Positions 9,580 through 18,837 are shown, counted from the stretch's first letter. The stretch: DNA of 64,000 nucleotides from an uncultured Candidatus Saccharibacteria bacterium (GCA_964646765.1 CAZYIA010000001.1:1334-65333); one strand, 5' to 3'. Notes: generated from the letters alone by a model not told the origin. A program made the numbers and translations.

Positions 9580-11325
9580 ATGTCATCTGAAACTAAAACC
9601 ACAGTAATGCCAAAGGATATTCCACGGAGAGGCATATTTGGCATGCTCAAACCATATGGTTGGTTTATTTTTCTTCTTGTCCTTTGTACCGTTGTAGCAA
9701 ACGGACTCAACTTGGCTGTTCCTAAAATCATGGCTCATGCCATTGATACATATTCGGAAGGAAACTTTGTGCTCACAACACTAATTATCGAGTTTTCTAT
9801 CGTTTCAATTCTGATATTTGTTTTTACCTATCTACAAAATATTGTGCAGGTATATACGGCTGAAAGAGTTGCTCGTGATTTGCGTACTAAACTTGCAGCA
9901 AAGATTTCGCAGCAAGACTATGCATTTATTGACCGTACGACACCAGCGAAACTGCTAACCAACTTAACCTCCGATGCCGATGCGGTGAAAAATTTTATTG
10001 CACAAGCAATTTCTTCAATTATTTCCTCAGTGTTTCTTATTATTGGTGCGAGTATTCTCTTGCTGGTTACCAACTGGAAACTTGGTCTCGTTGTGCTCTC
10101 AGTGGTGCCAATCATTGGAGTAACATTCAGTATCATTTTCGGCAAAGTTCGCAAATTATTTGTTCGGGCACAAGGTGCTATTGATTGGTTAAATAAAGTA
10201 ATTAACGAAAGCATCTTAGGTGCCGCACTAATCCGGTTGGTTAACTCTCAATCTCTTGAATATCAAAAATTCCTTAATGCTAACACTGAAGCGCGCGAAA
10301 TTAGCTTAGGAATTTTGAAATTGTTTGCCAGCTTAATTCCTATTATTACGTTTCTTACGAACGCAGCAATTCTTGCCATTCTCGTTCTCGGTGGGCATTT
10401 TGTCATCAACGGAAGTATGTCACTTGGTGATTTTACGGCGTTCAATAGCTACCTCTCAATTCTTATTTTCCCGATTTTTATTTTAGGATTTATGTCTACG
10501 GTTATTGCTCAAGCGACAGCTTCATATGGTCGCATAGAAGAGGTTTTAAATACGCCGGACGCTAAGGACTTAGGTACTATTACTACACCGCTACGGGGAG
10601 ATGTTGCCGTACAGAATGTTACTCTCTCATTTGGTGAAAAAGACGCTCTCAAGAATGTTTCGTTTGAAGCGAAAGCTAAAACACGCACAGCAATTATTGG
10701 CCCAACCGCAGCAGGAAAGACGCAGCTTCTGTACGTGCTTACCGGTTTGGTAACTCCACAAGAAGGTAGTGTGCTCTATGATGGAAAAAATATTACTGAG
10801 TACAATAAAGAAAAATTGCATGACCAAATAGGTTTGGTATTCCAAGATAGTATTTTATTTAACCTAACCCTTCGTGAAAATATTGCTTTCAGTAGTGCAG
10901 TTACTGACGAAACGTTACAAAAAGCTATTGATACAGCAGAACTTGGTGACTTCATCGACTCGTTACCTGAAGGCTTAAATACAGTTGTATCTGAGCGAGG
11001 TACTAGTCTTTCTGGCGGTCAAAAACAGCGAGTGATGCTTGCCCGAGCGTTAGCATTAAATCCAACGGTTCTTCTCTTAGATGATTTTACCGCGCGGGTA
11101 GATGCTCGCACTGAAAAGAAAATTCTGGAAAATGTTCGCAAAAACTATCCAGATATTACGCTTATTTCCATCACTCAAAAAATTACTTCGGTCGAGTCAT
11201 TCGATCAAATTGTACTTCTGATGGAAGGGGAGTTAATTGCAAAAGGTACTCATAGAGAACTTCTTGAAATCTGTCCTGAGTACGTCCAAATTTATAATTC
11301 GCAGGAGAGTACTGAGCATTTATGA
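9580..11325 (+). CDS. ABC transporter permease/ATP-binding protein (exporter type)
   Basis: N-terminal 6-TM domain plus an NBD with GPTAAGKTQ Walker A, LSGGQKQRVMLARAL signature and LLLDD Walker B. The ATG at 9580 is preferred over the TTG at 9556 because a TATAAT box sits at 9551-9556. Confidence 0.85.
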   Translation: MSSETKTTVMPKDIPRRGIFGMLKPYGWFIFLLVLCTVVANGLNLAVPKIMAHAIDTYSEGNFVLTTLIIEFSIVSILIFVFTYLQNIVQVYTAERVARDLRTKLAAKISQQDYAFIDRTTPAKLLTNLTSDADAVKNFIAQAISSIISSVFLIIGASILLLVTNWKLGLVVLSVVPIIGVTFSIIFGKVRKLFVRAQGAIDWLNKVINESILGAALIRLVNSQSLEYQKFLNANTEAREISLGILKLFASLIPIITFLTNAAILAILVLGGHFVINGSMSLGDFTAFNSYLSILIFPIFILGFMSTVIAQATASYGRIEEVLNTPDAKDLGTITTPLRGDVAVQNVTLSFGEKDALKNVSFEAKAKTRTAIIGPTAAGKTQLLYVLTGLVTPQEGSVLYDGKNITEYNKEKLHDQIGLVFQDSILFNLTLRENIAFSSAVTDETLQKAIDTAELGDFIDSLPEGLNTVVSERGTSLSGGQKQRVMLARALALNPTVLLLDDFTARVDARTEKKILENVRKNYPDITLISITQKITSVESFDQIVLLMEGELIAKGTHRELLEICPEYVQIYNSQESTEHL

Positions 11326-13079
11326 ACTACAAACTAAGAACATTTGAAAAAGCTGAGCGATCAATGGCGATGAAAGATGCGCTTGTTAGTTTAAAGCCGC
11401 TGCTCTCCGATGAAAAGAGTTCGTTACTTTTTGCCCTCGTTGCCATCATTATCAACTCGGGAGCAAATCTTTTAGGCCCAGTTATTATTGCCAAGGTTAT
11501 TGATACCTATATTGCTACTAAAAATTTCCACGGTGTTCTCGTATACTCAGGTTTACTTGCGGTAGTATATCTTTTTGGTTTAGGTGCTTCGTTTCTTCAA
11601 ATTCAGGTGATGGGAGGAGTTGGACGTCGCGTACTCTTTAAACTCCGCAACAGTATTTTTACGAAGCTTCAGGAATTGCCAGTGGCATTCTTTAACGCAA
11701 ATAAAGCTGGTGATTTAATTTCGCGTATCAACAATGATACCGATAAATTAAACCAGTTCTTTTCACAGGCCTTGGTGCAACTTGTGGGTAATCTGTTCAT
11801 GATGCTCGGGGCTGCTATTTTTCTCGTGACGCTTAATGTCCGGCTAGGTTTTGCATCCCTTGCCCCGGCTCTCCTGGTGGTTATTATTACTCAGCTTATT
11901 TCGCCATGGATTAAGAGTACCAGCACACGCAGTTTGCAAACCCTTGGTGGTATGAGTGCTGAAATTCAGGAAAGTTTGGCCAACTTTAAGGTTGTGGTTG
12001 CCTTTAATCGTCTCGATTATTTTCGTACAAAATTTAATGACGTTAATCAGCAAAATTATAAATCTTCTATTAAGGCTGGTATTGCAAATAATATCCTTGT
12101 TCCTATTTATGGTATTGCTTCGAACTTGGCGCAGATCGCGGTATTAGCCTATGGAATTATGATGATTACTTCTGGTCATCTTACTATCGGTTTATTGGTC
12201 GGATTTTTGCTCTATGTAAACAATTTCTATACACCACTTCGCCAACTTGCAGCTCTGTGGTCATCGCTCCAATTTGCTCTCGCCTCACTTGACCGCATCT
12301 CAGAAGTGTTAGATCTCGAATCAACGATCAAAGTAGTACCATCTGGCAAAACCATAGAACCGAACGGCATTCTTACTTTTGAACGGGTTTTCTTTTCGTA
12401 TAGTAATGAAAAGCAAGTACTCCACGATGTAAGCTTTACCCTTCAAAAAGGGAAGACGTATGCGCTGGTAGGGCCAACGGGAGGAGGTAAAACAACCACA
12501 GCCTCTCTGATGGCGCGGTTATTTGATCCAACTATGGGAACGGTATATCTTGAAGGTAAAGATATTCGCTCATATGATCCAGCTGTACGTGCCAAGAAAA
12601 TAGGGTTCATCCTTCAAGAACCGTTTTTGTTTACGGGTACCGTTCAAGAAAACATTTTGTACGGCAATGAAGAATACCAAAACAGAACGAGCGAAGAACT
12701 TCTGAAATTGTTACAAGAAAAACAACTCGATAGTTTATTGGTACGATTTGAAAAAGGTTTAGATACCAAAGTTGGAGCAGGGGATGCAATTAGTTTAGGA
12801 CAAAAGCAGCTCATCGCTTTTATGCGAGCAGTTTTGCGAAATCCAAAACTTCTTATTTTAGATGAGGCAACGGCTAACATTGATACCGTTACCGAACAAC
12901 TTCTTGAAGAAATTTTAAAAAAACTTCCTTCCGACACAACAAAAGTAATTATTGCGCACCGGCTTAATACGATTCAAAACGCAGATGATATTTTCTTTGT
13001 AAATGGCGGAGATGTTATCCACGCTGGTTCTTTTGAGCATGCACTGGAAATGCTCTTACATGGAAAGCGGGTAAGTTAA
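11322..13079 (+). CDS. ABC transporter permease/ATP-binding protein (heterodimer partner)
   Basis: 585 aa. GPTGGGKTT Walker A, LSLGQKQLIAFMRAV signature, LILDEAT Walker B. Its start overlaps the stop of the previous gene. Confidence 0.85.
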   Translation: MNYKLRTFEKAERSMAMKDALVSLKPLLSDEKSSLLFALVAIIINSGANLLGPVIIAKVIDTYIATKNFHGVLVYSGLLAVVYLFGLGASFLQIQVMGGVGRRVLFKLRNSIFTKLQELPVAFFNANKAGDLISRINNDTDKLNQFFSQALVQLVGNLFMMLGAAIFLVTLNVRLGFASLAPALLVVIITQLISPWIKSTSTRSLQTLGGMSAEIQESLANFKVVVAFNRLDYFRTKFNDVNQQNYKSSIKAGIANNILVPIYGIASNLAQIAVLAYGIMMITSGHLTIGLLVGFLLYVNNFYTPLRQLAALWSSLQFALASLDRISEVLDLESTIKVVPSGKTIEPNGILTFERVFFSYSNEKQVLHDVSFTLQKGKTYALVGPTGGGKTTTASLMARLFDPTMGTVYLEGKDIRSYDPAVRAKKIGFILQEPFLFTGTVQENILYGNEEYQNRTSEELLKLLQEKQLDSLLVRFEKGLDTKVGAGDAISLGQKQLIAFMRAVLRNPKLLILDEATANIDTVTEQLLEEILKKLPSDTTKVIIAHRLNTIQNADDIFFVNGGDVIHAGSFEHALEMLLHGKRVS

Positions 13080-13084
13080 GGTTT

Positions 13085-13478
13085 TGCGGAGGAGGCGAGA
13101 TTCGCCCGCGGCTAAAACTTTTTCGTCAAAAAGTTTTGTCTGGGCACCAGCTCGTCTGTTTTGTTTACTAACAAAACATGACTCCGCTGTTCGAATCTCA
13201 CTCGAATATGAAGCAGTTCATATTCTCTCCTCACGCAAAAGAGCCTCTTTAAGGACTCTTGATTGCGGAGGAGGCGAGATTCGAACTCGCGGTCAGGTTT
13301 CCCCAACACAGTCTTTCCAGGACTGCCATTTAAACCACTCATGCACTCCTCCGTATATTTCATTTTTCTCAAACGGAGGTCGCACAGGGTGCGAAACAGT
13401 GCATGAGTGGTCGGCCACTATTGTGTGCCGGCTTAAATTGAAGCAGTTCAATGCAAGCCCATCTCATGCACTCCTCCC
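13085..13478. repeat. tRNA-Ser-derived partial repeats flanking the intact gene
   Basis: A 20-nt copy of the tRNA 3' end tgcggaggaggcgagattcg at 13085-13104, minus sense. A 15-nt copy of the 5' end at 13464-13478, minus sense. A 13-nt inverted copy AGTGCATGAGTGG at 13399-13411. gaagcagttca occurs twice. Confidence 0.6.
13266..13352 (-). tRNA. tRNA-Ser (anticodon GGA)
   Basis: Reverse complement folds as acceptor GGAGGAG/CTCCTCC, anticodon stem CAGTC/GACTG with loop CTGGAAA, a long variable arm, T-arm GCGAG-TTCGAAT-CTCGC, discriminator G. No encoded CCA. Confidence 0.8.
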
Positions 13479-13501
13479 TTAGAACCAATCATTTTTAACA
13501 C

Positions 13502-14599
13502 ATGTTTTTATACTTTTCTAGTGTGACGAAGTGGAGTACACTGGGGAGTATGCGTTTTAAATATACCTTCTCACTCTTCGTTGGTGTAACACTCCTATTC
13601 TTTTTGGTTCCACATATCGTATCTGCGCATGAGGTGTATGTACTTAATGCGAACGAAATTCAGTTTGCGCTCAAAGCACCGTCTCCTGATTTTCTCACTA
13701 CGATTACAACCCATCTTGGGCAATTTTTAACGTGGGGCTTACTGACACTTCTTATTGTTATTGGAGTATTTTTTATTTCAATTATTCGACCCGTTGAGCG
13801 AGCCATTGATCCTTTCTTAAATAAATTAAAAGTTACTGCTCCACTTATTGCTCAAGTCACTCTCGGCGCGGCGCTTTTAGCTAGTGGTTATTACCATGCA
13901 ATTTTTGGTATTGAACTTCCAGTTGTGGTTACGTTCGGTATCTATGCACCTCTCGTGAATAGTGTGCTCATGATTATCGGCGTGATGTTACTTTTTGGCA
14001 TCTTGCCGCGTGTTGCTGCCATTGTAGCTGCAGTATTGTATCTTTCTCTCGTATTTTCTTATGGAGTATATATGTTGAACTATGCTACCTATGCGGGCGA
14101 AGCGCTCACCGTAGCGCTCTTTGGTGGGGCATACCATGTTATTGAATTTAAAAAAATGGCGCGTTTATTTGAACGAGTAGAAAATAAAATCGTTCCTCAC
14201 TTGCATGCGTATAAATTCCTCATCATGCGAGTACTTTTTGGAGTTTCTCTCGTCTATGCTTCGCTATATGCAAAATTTTTTCATGGTGAGTTAGCTCTTG
14301 AAACTGTTACGAAATATCATTTAACTCAATATTTTCATTTTGACCCTGTCTTTTTGGTTCTTGGAGCTATGGCTATTGAGGTGTTGCTTGGTTTTTGTTT
14401 TATTCTTGGATTCGAAATTCGCTTCGCCTCACTTTTTTTCTTGATTTTCTTAACACTCTCGCTTCTCTTTTTTGGCGAAGCCGTATGGCCGCATGTCATT
14501 CTTATTGGCACCGCACTTGCAATGTTTGCTCATGGATATGATGCCTACTGTCTTTCCGCTTTGCTTTCAAAGCAAAAAAATTTAGAACCAGTACTTTAG
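13502..14599 (+). CDS. hypothetical polytopic membrane protein
   Basis: 365 aa, at least 8 TM segments, signal-like N-terminus. The real start may be M at 13550. Confidence 0.6.
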   Translation: MFLYFSSVTKWSTLGSMRFKYTFSLFVGVTLLFFLVPHIVSAHEVYVLNANEIQFALKAPSPDFLTTITTHLGQFLTWGLLTLLIVIGVFFISIIRPVERAIDPFLNKLKVTAPLIAQVTLGAALLASGYYHAIFGIELPVVVTFGIYAPLVNSVLMIIGVMLLFGILPRVAAIVAAVLYLSLVFSYGVYMLNYATYAGEALTVALFGGAYHVIEFKKMARLFERVENKIVPHLHAYKFLIMRVLFGVSLVYASLYAKFFHGELALETVTKYHLTQYFHFDPVFLVLGAMAIEVLLGFCFILGFEIRFASLFFLIFLTLSLLFFGEAVWPHVILIGTALAMFAHGYDAYCLSALLSKQKNLEPVL

Positions 14600-14623
14600 G
14601 TCTTACTATGCTATTATTTTCTT

Positions 14624-15373
14624 ATGACCACTTTTCGAAATCCTGTTCTACATACGACACAGAATGTTTCTCGTTTACATAAAGAAGCGCAGGGGACAAG
14701 TAGCACCTCAAAACTAAACTGGCTTAGAGCGGCGGTGCTCGGTGCTAATGATGGGATCGTTTCCATTTCCTCACTTATTGTTGGTGTTGCTGGAGCTTCA
14801 AATTCACTTCGCGCAATACTTACCGCTGGTATTGCAGGAGCGGTAGCAGGAGCGCTCTCGATGGCGGCAGGGGAGTATGTGTCGGTGTCTTCACAACGAG
14901 ATGCTGAAAAGGTACTTCTTGAAAAGGAGCGCCAAGAGCTTATTGATACTCCGACCGAAGAACTGCATGAACTTACCGATATCTATAAAAACAAAGGTTT
15001 GTCCGCGGAGACTGCGGCACAAGTGGCAAAAGAACTTACCGCCCACGATGCGTTCGCTGCCCACGTTGAAGCAGAATTAAAAATTGATCCGAACGATCTT
15101 ACCAACCCATGGCATGCTGCTTACGCTTCAGCTTTAGCGTTTTTAGTTGGATCAGTTATTCCACTCCTAGCAGTTATTATTCCCCCAGCTTCTTGGCGAA
15201 TCCCGGTCAGTTTTATTGCAGTTATTATTGCCCTCGGTATAACCGGAACTCTCTCTGCCCATGTTGGAGGAGCCAATAAGATACGGGCTGTCGCACGTGT
15301 TGTTCTCGGTGGTGTTTTAGCCATGCTCGTAACATTTTCTATTGGCAAACTCTTCGGTATTTCTGGCCTATAA
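14624..15373 (+). CDS. VIT1/CCC1-family iron/manganese transporter
   Basis: 249 aa. LNWLRAAVLGANDGIVSISSLIVGVAGAS is the VIT-family signature. Coiled middle region and C-terminal TMs. Confidence 0.8.
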   Translation: MTTFRNPVLHTTQNVSRLHKEAQGTSSTSKLNWLRAAVLGANDGIVSISSLIVGVAGASNSLRAILTAGIAGAVAGALSMAAGEYVSVSSQRDAEKVLLEKERQELIDTPTEELHELTDIYKNKGLSAETAAQVAKELTAHDAFAAHVEAELKIDPNDLTNPWHAAYASALAFLVGSVIPLLAVIIPPASWRIPVSFIAVIIALGITGTLSAHVGGANKIRAVARVVLGGVLAMLVTFSIGKLFGISGL

Positions 15374-15528
15374 GAGCGATTTCCACAGCTGGGGTAGAGC
15401 CCTTCCTTTTATTCAAAATGTGTGCTTTAATACGAAGTGTATTTTCGTGTTCGACCGTTTTGGGTAACCAGTAGGCCGCGACTGAAATTACGGTCGAATA
15501 ATTCTAGATCACAAGATCTATTCTCACT

Positions 15529-15828
15529 ATGGCAGCAAAACTCTACATCGGTTCTCTCGCTTACGCGACTACCGATGACAGCCTCCGCAACTATTTTGCG
15601 ACAGCTGGAAACGTTGTTAGTGCATCAGTCATCATGGATAAGATGACCGGTCGCTCACGCGGTTTCGGTTTCGTAGAAATGGGCAGCGAGCAGGAAGCAC
15701 AGGATGCTATCGCAAAGTTCGATGGAACCGAACTCGACGGTCGCACAATCCGTGTTTCTGTAGCACAGGCTAAGGAGCGCACAGGTGGCAATGGCGGCGG
15801 CGGATTCCGCGGCGGCAATCGCTACTAG
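15529..15828 (+). CDS. RRM-type glycine-rich RNA-binding protein
   Basis: 99 aa. RNP2 KLYIGSL and RNP1 RGFGFVEM motifs, Gly-rich tail GGNGGGGFRGGNRY. Confidence 0.9.
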   Translation: MAAKLYIGSLAYATTDDSLRNYFATAGNVVSASVIMDKMTGRSRGFGFVEMGSEQEAQDAIAKFDGTELDGRTIRVSVAQAKERTGGNGGGGFRGGNRY

Positions 15829-15845
15829 TACGTTTTCTCATTTAC

Positions 15846-15876
15846 AAAAAATCCGCTTCGGCGGATTTTTTGTTTT
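15846..15876 (+). terminator. intrinsic terminator
   Basis: atccgc-ttcg-gcggat hairpin followed by tttttgtttt. Confidence 0.8.
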
Positions 15877-15914
15877 GGTTGCAGATAATACAGTGCTACC
15901 GTATAGTTTTGGTG

Positions 15915-16005
15915 TTTGGGCGCGTTGCGGAATTAGTATCGCGTCTCAGAAGTGAGAGGCGATATACTGGGAACCCAGTTTCTAAGCATATCGCCGCAAG
16001 ACCTT
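15915..16005 (+). ncRNA. degenerate tRNA-Leu-like 5' segment fused to a hairpin-rich tail (pseudo-tRNA or structured RNA)
   Basis: GGGCGCGTTGCGGAATTAGTATCGCG-TCTCAGAAG closely parallels the tRNA-Leu 5' half 165 nt downstream but lacks a 3' acceptor complement. It is followed by a ggcgatat...atatcgcc stem. Confidence 0.35.
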
Positions 16006-16080
16006 AAGCGTTTTGTTTCAAAATGCGAAAGGTGTACAACTCCTGTAAGGAGTCACGAAAGATAAATTTGTGTCTTGAGT

Positions 16081-16162
16081 GGGCGTGTGGCGGAACTGGT
16101 ATACGCGTACGTCTCAGAAGCGTATCCCGAAAGGGTTGGAGGTTCAAATCCTCTCACGCCCA
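16081..16162 (+). tRNA. tRNA-Leu (anticodon CAG)
   Basis: Acceptor GGGCGTG/CACGCCC, anticodon loop CTCAGAA, long variable arm TCCCGAAAGGGTTG, T-arm GGAGG-TTCAAAT-CCTCT, discriminator A. Confidence 0.8.
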
Positions 16163-16197
16163 CTCAAGATAGAAGTTAATTGCATCACTAGCCCACT

Positions 16198-16485
16198 ATG
16201 AATAAAGAACATAAAAAAGTTATTGTTTCCGGCAGAGTCCAGGGAGTCTTTTTCCGTGATAGCGCAAAAGAAGTCGCTCACTCATTAGGTATCTTTGGTA
16301 CGGTGCGAAATGCTACCGACGGGACGGTCCATGTTGAAATAGAAGGGGAACACGAGACTCTCGAGCAGTTCCTTTTTTGGTGTGCGACAGGTCCTAAGGA
16401 TGCAATTGTTACTAATATGGATGTAACCAAGGGAGAGTTTAAAAATTTCTCAACTTTTGAAATTCTACCTGATTTACAAGGCTAA
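16198..16485 (+). CDS. acyP: acylphosphatase
   Basis: 95 aa. VSGRVQGVFFRDSAKEVAHSLGIFGTVRN is the acylphosphatase signature. Confidence 0.85.
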   Translation: MNKEHKKVIVSGRVQGVFFRDSAKEVAHSLGIFGTVRNATDGTVHVEIEGEHETLEQFLFWCATGPKDAIVTNMDVTKGEFKNFSTFEILPDLQG

Positions 16486-16534
16486 ATTTAGAAAAGACTG
16501 GAAAAAAGTACCTTTTTTGCTATAATCTGACGAT

Positions 16535-17758
16535 ATGCAGAAAGTATTTCGCGCGGGCTTCCTCTTTGTCGCTTTTGCCCTTCTAGCCCTTTCTATCCCA
16601 GTATTTGCAGAAGAGAAAGACCCCATAAAGGCTGATACACCAACAGTCAGTACTCCGGTGCTTTCACCTGATGACCAAGAACTATATAAGGAGATTGATC
16701 AGTTACTCATACTTGGTTTTCGGGGAACTGAAGTTACTGATGAGAGTCCAATTGCCACTATTCTAAAAGATACTAATTTGGGAGGGGTTATTCTCTTTGA
16801 TTATGATTCCTTGACCAAAAAGTTTGATCGAAATATTAGTTCACCATCACAACTTCAAGCTCTTACTACTGCACTTCAAAGCCGCGCAGCAACACCACTT
16901 TTTATTTCAATTGATGAAGAAGGTGGAGCAGTGAATCGTTTGAAAAAGTCATACGGGTTTTCCTATGTCTTACCACGAGCAAAAGAGCTAGGTTTAAAGA
17001 AAACATCAAACACCCTTCTTCAAAGTAAAAAACTTGCTCGGCAGCTTAAGGTGCTCGGTATCAATTTAAATTTTGCTCCCGACGTTGATCTTGATTATGG
17101 TACCCGAAGCCCGATTATCGGTCTCTTTGGCCGCGCATTTAGTTCAAAGCCAGCAGTTGTTGTTGCTCATGCAAAAGCCTTTATTGATGGCCATAACTAT
17201 TACGGTATTGGAACTGTTATTAAGCATTTCCCAGGCCACGGTAGTGCGCGAGGGGATACTCATGCGGGGTTGGTAGATATTACTCGTACCTACGATGTCC
17301 GTGAGGCTGAACCATTCCAGAAATTGGTTACCAGTGGAGATGCTAAAGCCGTAATGGTTGGTCATCTTTTTGACCGTGACATCGATCCAACGTATCCAGC
17401 TTCTCTTTCAAAAGTGTTTGTTACCGATCTTCTCCGCAAGAAACTTAACTTTGACGGTGTTGTTGTCAGTGATGATCTTAATATGGGAGCAATTGCCGAT
17501 GCGTATTCTCCGGGAGAAGCAGCTGTTCTCGCTCTTTCAGCTGGTGACGATATGTTGATTTTTTCTAACAACATTGACTCTTATGATGACAATCTGGTGT
17601 ATAACGTCCGCGATGCAGTATTTAAAGCGGTGCAAGATGGAACGCTCCCACGTTCTCGAGTTCAGGATGCTTTCAGTCATGTAATGCTCTGGAAAGCATG
17701 GCTTAATGTTATCCCTGACAAAGATCCTGGGGATGCTAGCGACGACGAAAGTCTCTAG
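16535..17758 (+). CDS. glycoside hydrolase family 3 beta-N-acetylhexosaminidase (NagZ-like), secreted
   Basis: Signal peptide. GH3 N-terminal domain blocks GGVILFDYD and KHFPGHGSARGDTHAG. Confidence 0.8.
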   Translation: MQKVFRAGFLFVAFALLALSIPVFAEEKDPIKADTPTVSTPVLSPDDQELYKEIDQLLILGFRGTEVTDESPIATILKDTNLGGVILFDYDSLTKKFDRNISSPSQLQALTTALQSRAATPLFISIDEEGGAVNRLKKSYGFSYVLPRAKELGLKKTSNTLLQSKKLARQLKVLGINLNFAPDVDLDYGTRSPIIGLFGRAFSSKPAVVVAHAKAFIDGHNYYGIGTVIKHFPGHGSARGDTHAGLVDITRTYDVREAEPFQKLVTSGDAKAVMVGHLFDRDIDPTYPASLSKVFVTDLLRKKLNFDGVVVSDDLNMGAIADAYSPGEAAVLALSAGDDMLIFSNNIDSYDDNLVYNVRDAVFKAVQDGTLPRSRVQDAFSHVMLWKAWLNVIPDKDPGDASDDESL

Positions 17759-17824
17759 TGTGGTATACTTTTGTAGTTCTATTAGAAGTTAGAAAGTAAC
17801 TCCGGATTTTCCGGGTAATAATGT

Positions 17825-18352
17825 ATGTGTATAGACTGTAAAGGTCCAGTTGGTTTTTCTCCAAAGAGTCTCGGTCTTCTTTTGCTCCGTCTTGTTGTCG
17901 CGGGCATTTTTTTGTATCACGGTTGGAATAAGTTCATGTTTATGGACAATACGGTGATATTCTTCGGTACGCTCGGCCTCGCGCCATTCTTTGCGTACTT
18001 TATTGCTCTCGTTGAAGTTGTTGGTGGTTTGTTTATGCTTCTCGGTGCATTTCCATGTGTTACCGGTATCATGCTTGCTCTCGACATGGTGGTTGCTATC
18101 TTCTTGGTAAAACTTTCAAGCGGTTTTGTTGGCATGGAAACCGAACTTCTTCTTTTTGCTGGCTCACTTGCTCTTGCCCTCATGGGAAGTGGTCGCTATG
18201 CAATTATGAAACACTGTCCATGTAAATGGTGCCGCTGGTGCAAACAAGATGGTGGTTGCGCATGTTGCGGAGGTGGCTGCAAAGACTGTAAAGATTGTGC
18301 AGCGTGTAAGGATGGAGTTTGTGCTCTGCCTAAAACTGAGAAGTCTTCTTAA
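17825..18352 (+). CDS. DoxX-family membrane protein with Cys-rich C-terminal tail
   Basis: LLLRLVVAGIFLYHGWNKF DoxX motif and 4 TM segments. C-terminal 45 aa carry 14 Cys (CPCKWCRWCKQDGGCACCGGGCKDCKDCAACKDGVC). Confidence 0.75.
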   Translation: MCIDCKGPVGFSPKSLGLLLLRLVVAGIFLYHGWNKFMFMDNTVIFFGTLGLAPFFAYFIALVEVVGGLFMLLGAFPCVTGIMLALDMVVAIFLVKLSSGFVGMETELLLFAGSLALALMGSGRYAIMKHCPCKWCRWCKQDGGCACCGGGCKDCKDCAACKDGVCALPKTEKSS

Positions 18353-18446
18353 AAGGCTGTTTTGTTTGACTGTTTTCACTAGTTCTTTATAATCAAGAAA
18401 ACTTCTTGTCAGGAGTTTTATTAATCAGTAGTTCAGTATATTCGTT

Positions 18447-18758
18447 ATGATGGACGATAAAGCATTTCTTGAGTACGTAGTTAAGGCTCTTGTTGATAAT
18501 CCGAACGACGTTAAAATTGATCGCACCGTTGATGAAATGGGTGTGCTCGTAACTCTCTCAGTTAATCCAGCAGATATGGGTAAAGTGATTGGCCGCCAGG
18601 GTAATACCGCTAAGGCAATCCGCACTCTTCTCCGTGTGATTGGCATGAAGAACAACGCTCGTGTAAACCTCAAAATTAATGAACCAGAAGGCGGCACAAA
18701 AAGTGCAAATCCTTCTGAAGCCATGGATGAGGCTCTCGCTGACCTTAAAAACATGTAA
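18447..18758 (+). CDS. KH-domain RNA-binding protein (KhpA/YlqC-like)
   Basis: 103 aa. KH GxxG loop VIGRQGNTAKAIRTLLRVIG. Sits at the position of the KH gene in the rpsP-KH-rimM-trmD operon. Confidence 0.85.
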   Translation: MMDDKAFLEYVVKALVDNPNDVKIDRTVDEMGVLVTLSVNPADMGKVIGRQGNTAKAIRTLLRVIGMKNNARVNLKINEPEGGTKSANPSEAMDEALADLKNM

Positions 18759-18764
18759 AACAAA

Positions 18765-18795
18765 GGCCGCCCGAAAGGGCGGTTTTTGTTTTCCC
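18765..18795 (+). terminator. intrinsic terminator after the KH gene
   Basis: gccgccc-gaaa-gggcgg hairpin followed by tttttgtttt. Confidence 0.75.
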
Positions 18796-18803
18796 CAAGC
18801 CTG

Positions 18804-18831
18804 TTGACGGCTGTTTTTAGGTCGGTAGTAT
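18804..18831 (+). promoter_or_regulatory. sigma-70-like promoter TTGACG-N16-TAGTAT
   Basis: Same architecture as the rpoB promoter at 22051-22078. Confidence 0.5.
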
Positions 18832-18837
18832 GGATAT

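Noticed and set aside
13084-13482. ORFs of 132 aa (+) and 86 aa (-) spanning the tRNA-Ser locus
   Set aside because: They overlap the tRNA gene and its repeat fragments. The translations are low-complexity and arginine-rich with no start or RBS context. They are almost certainly non-coding.
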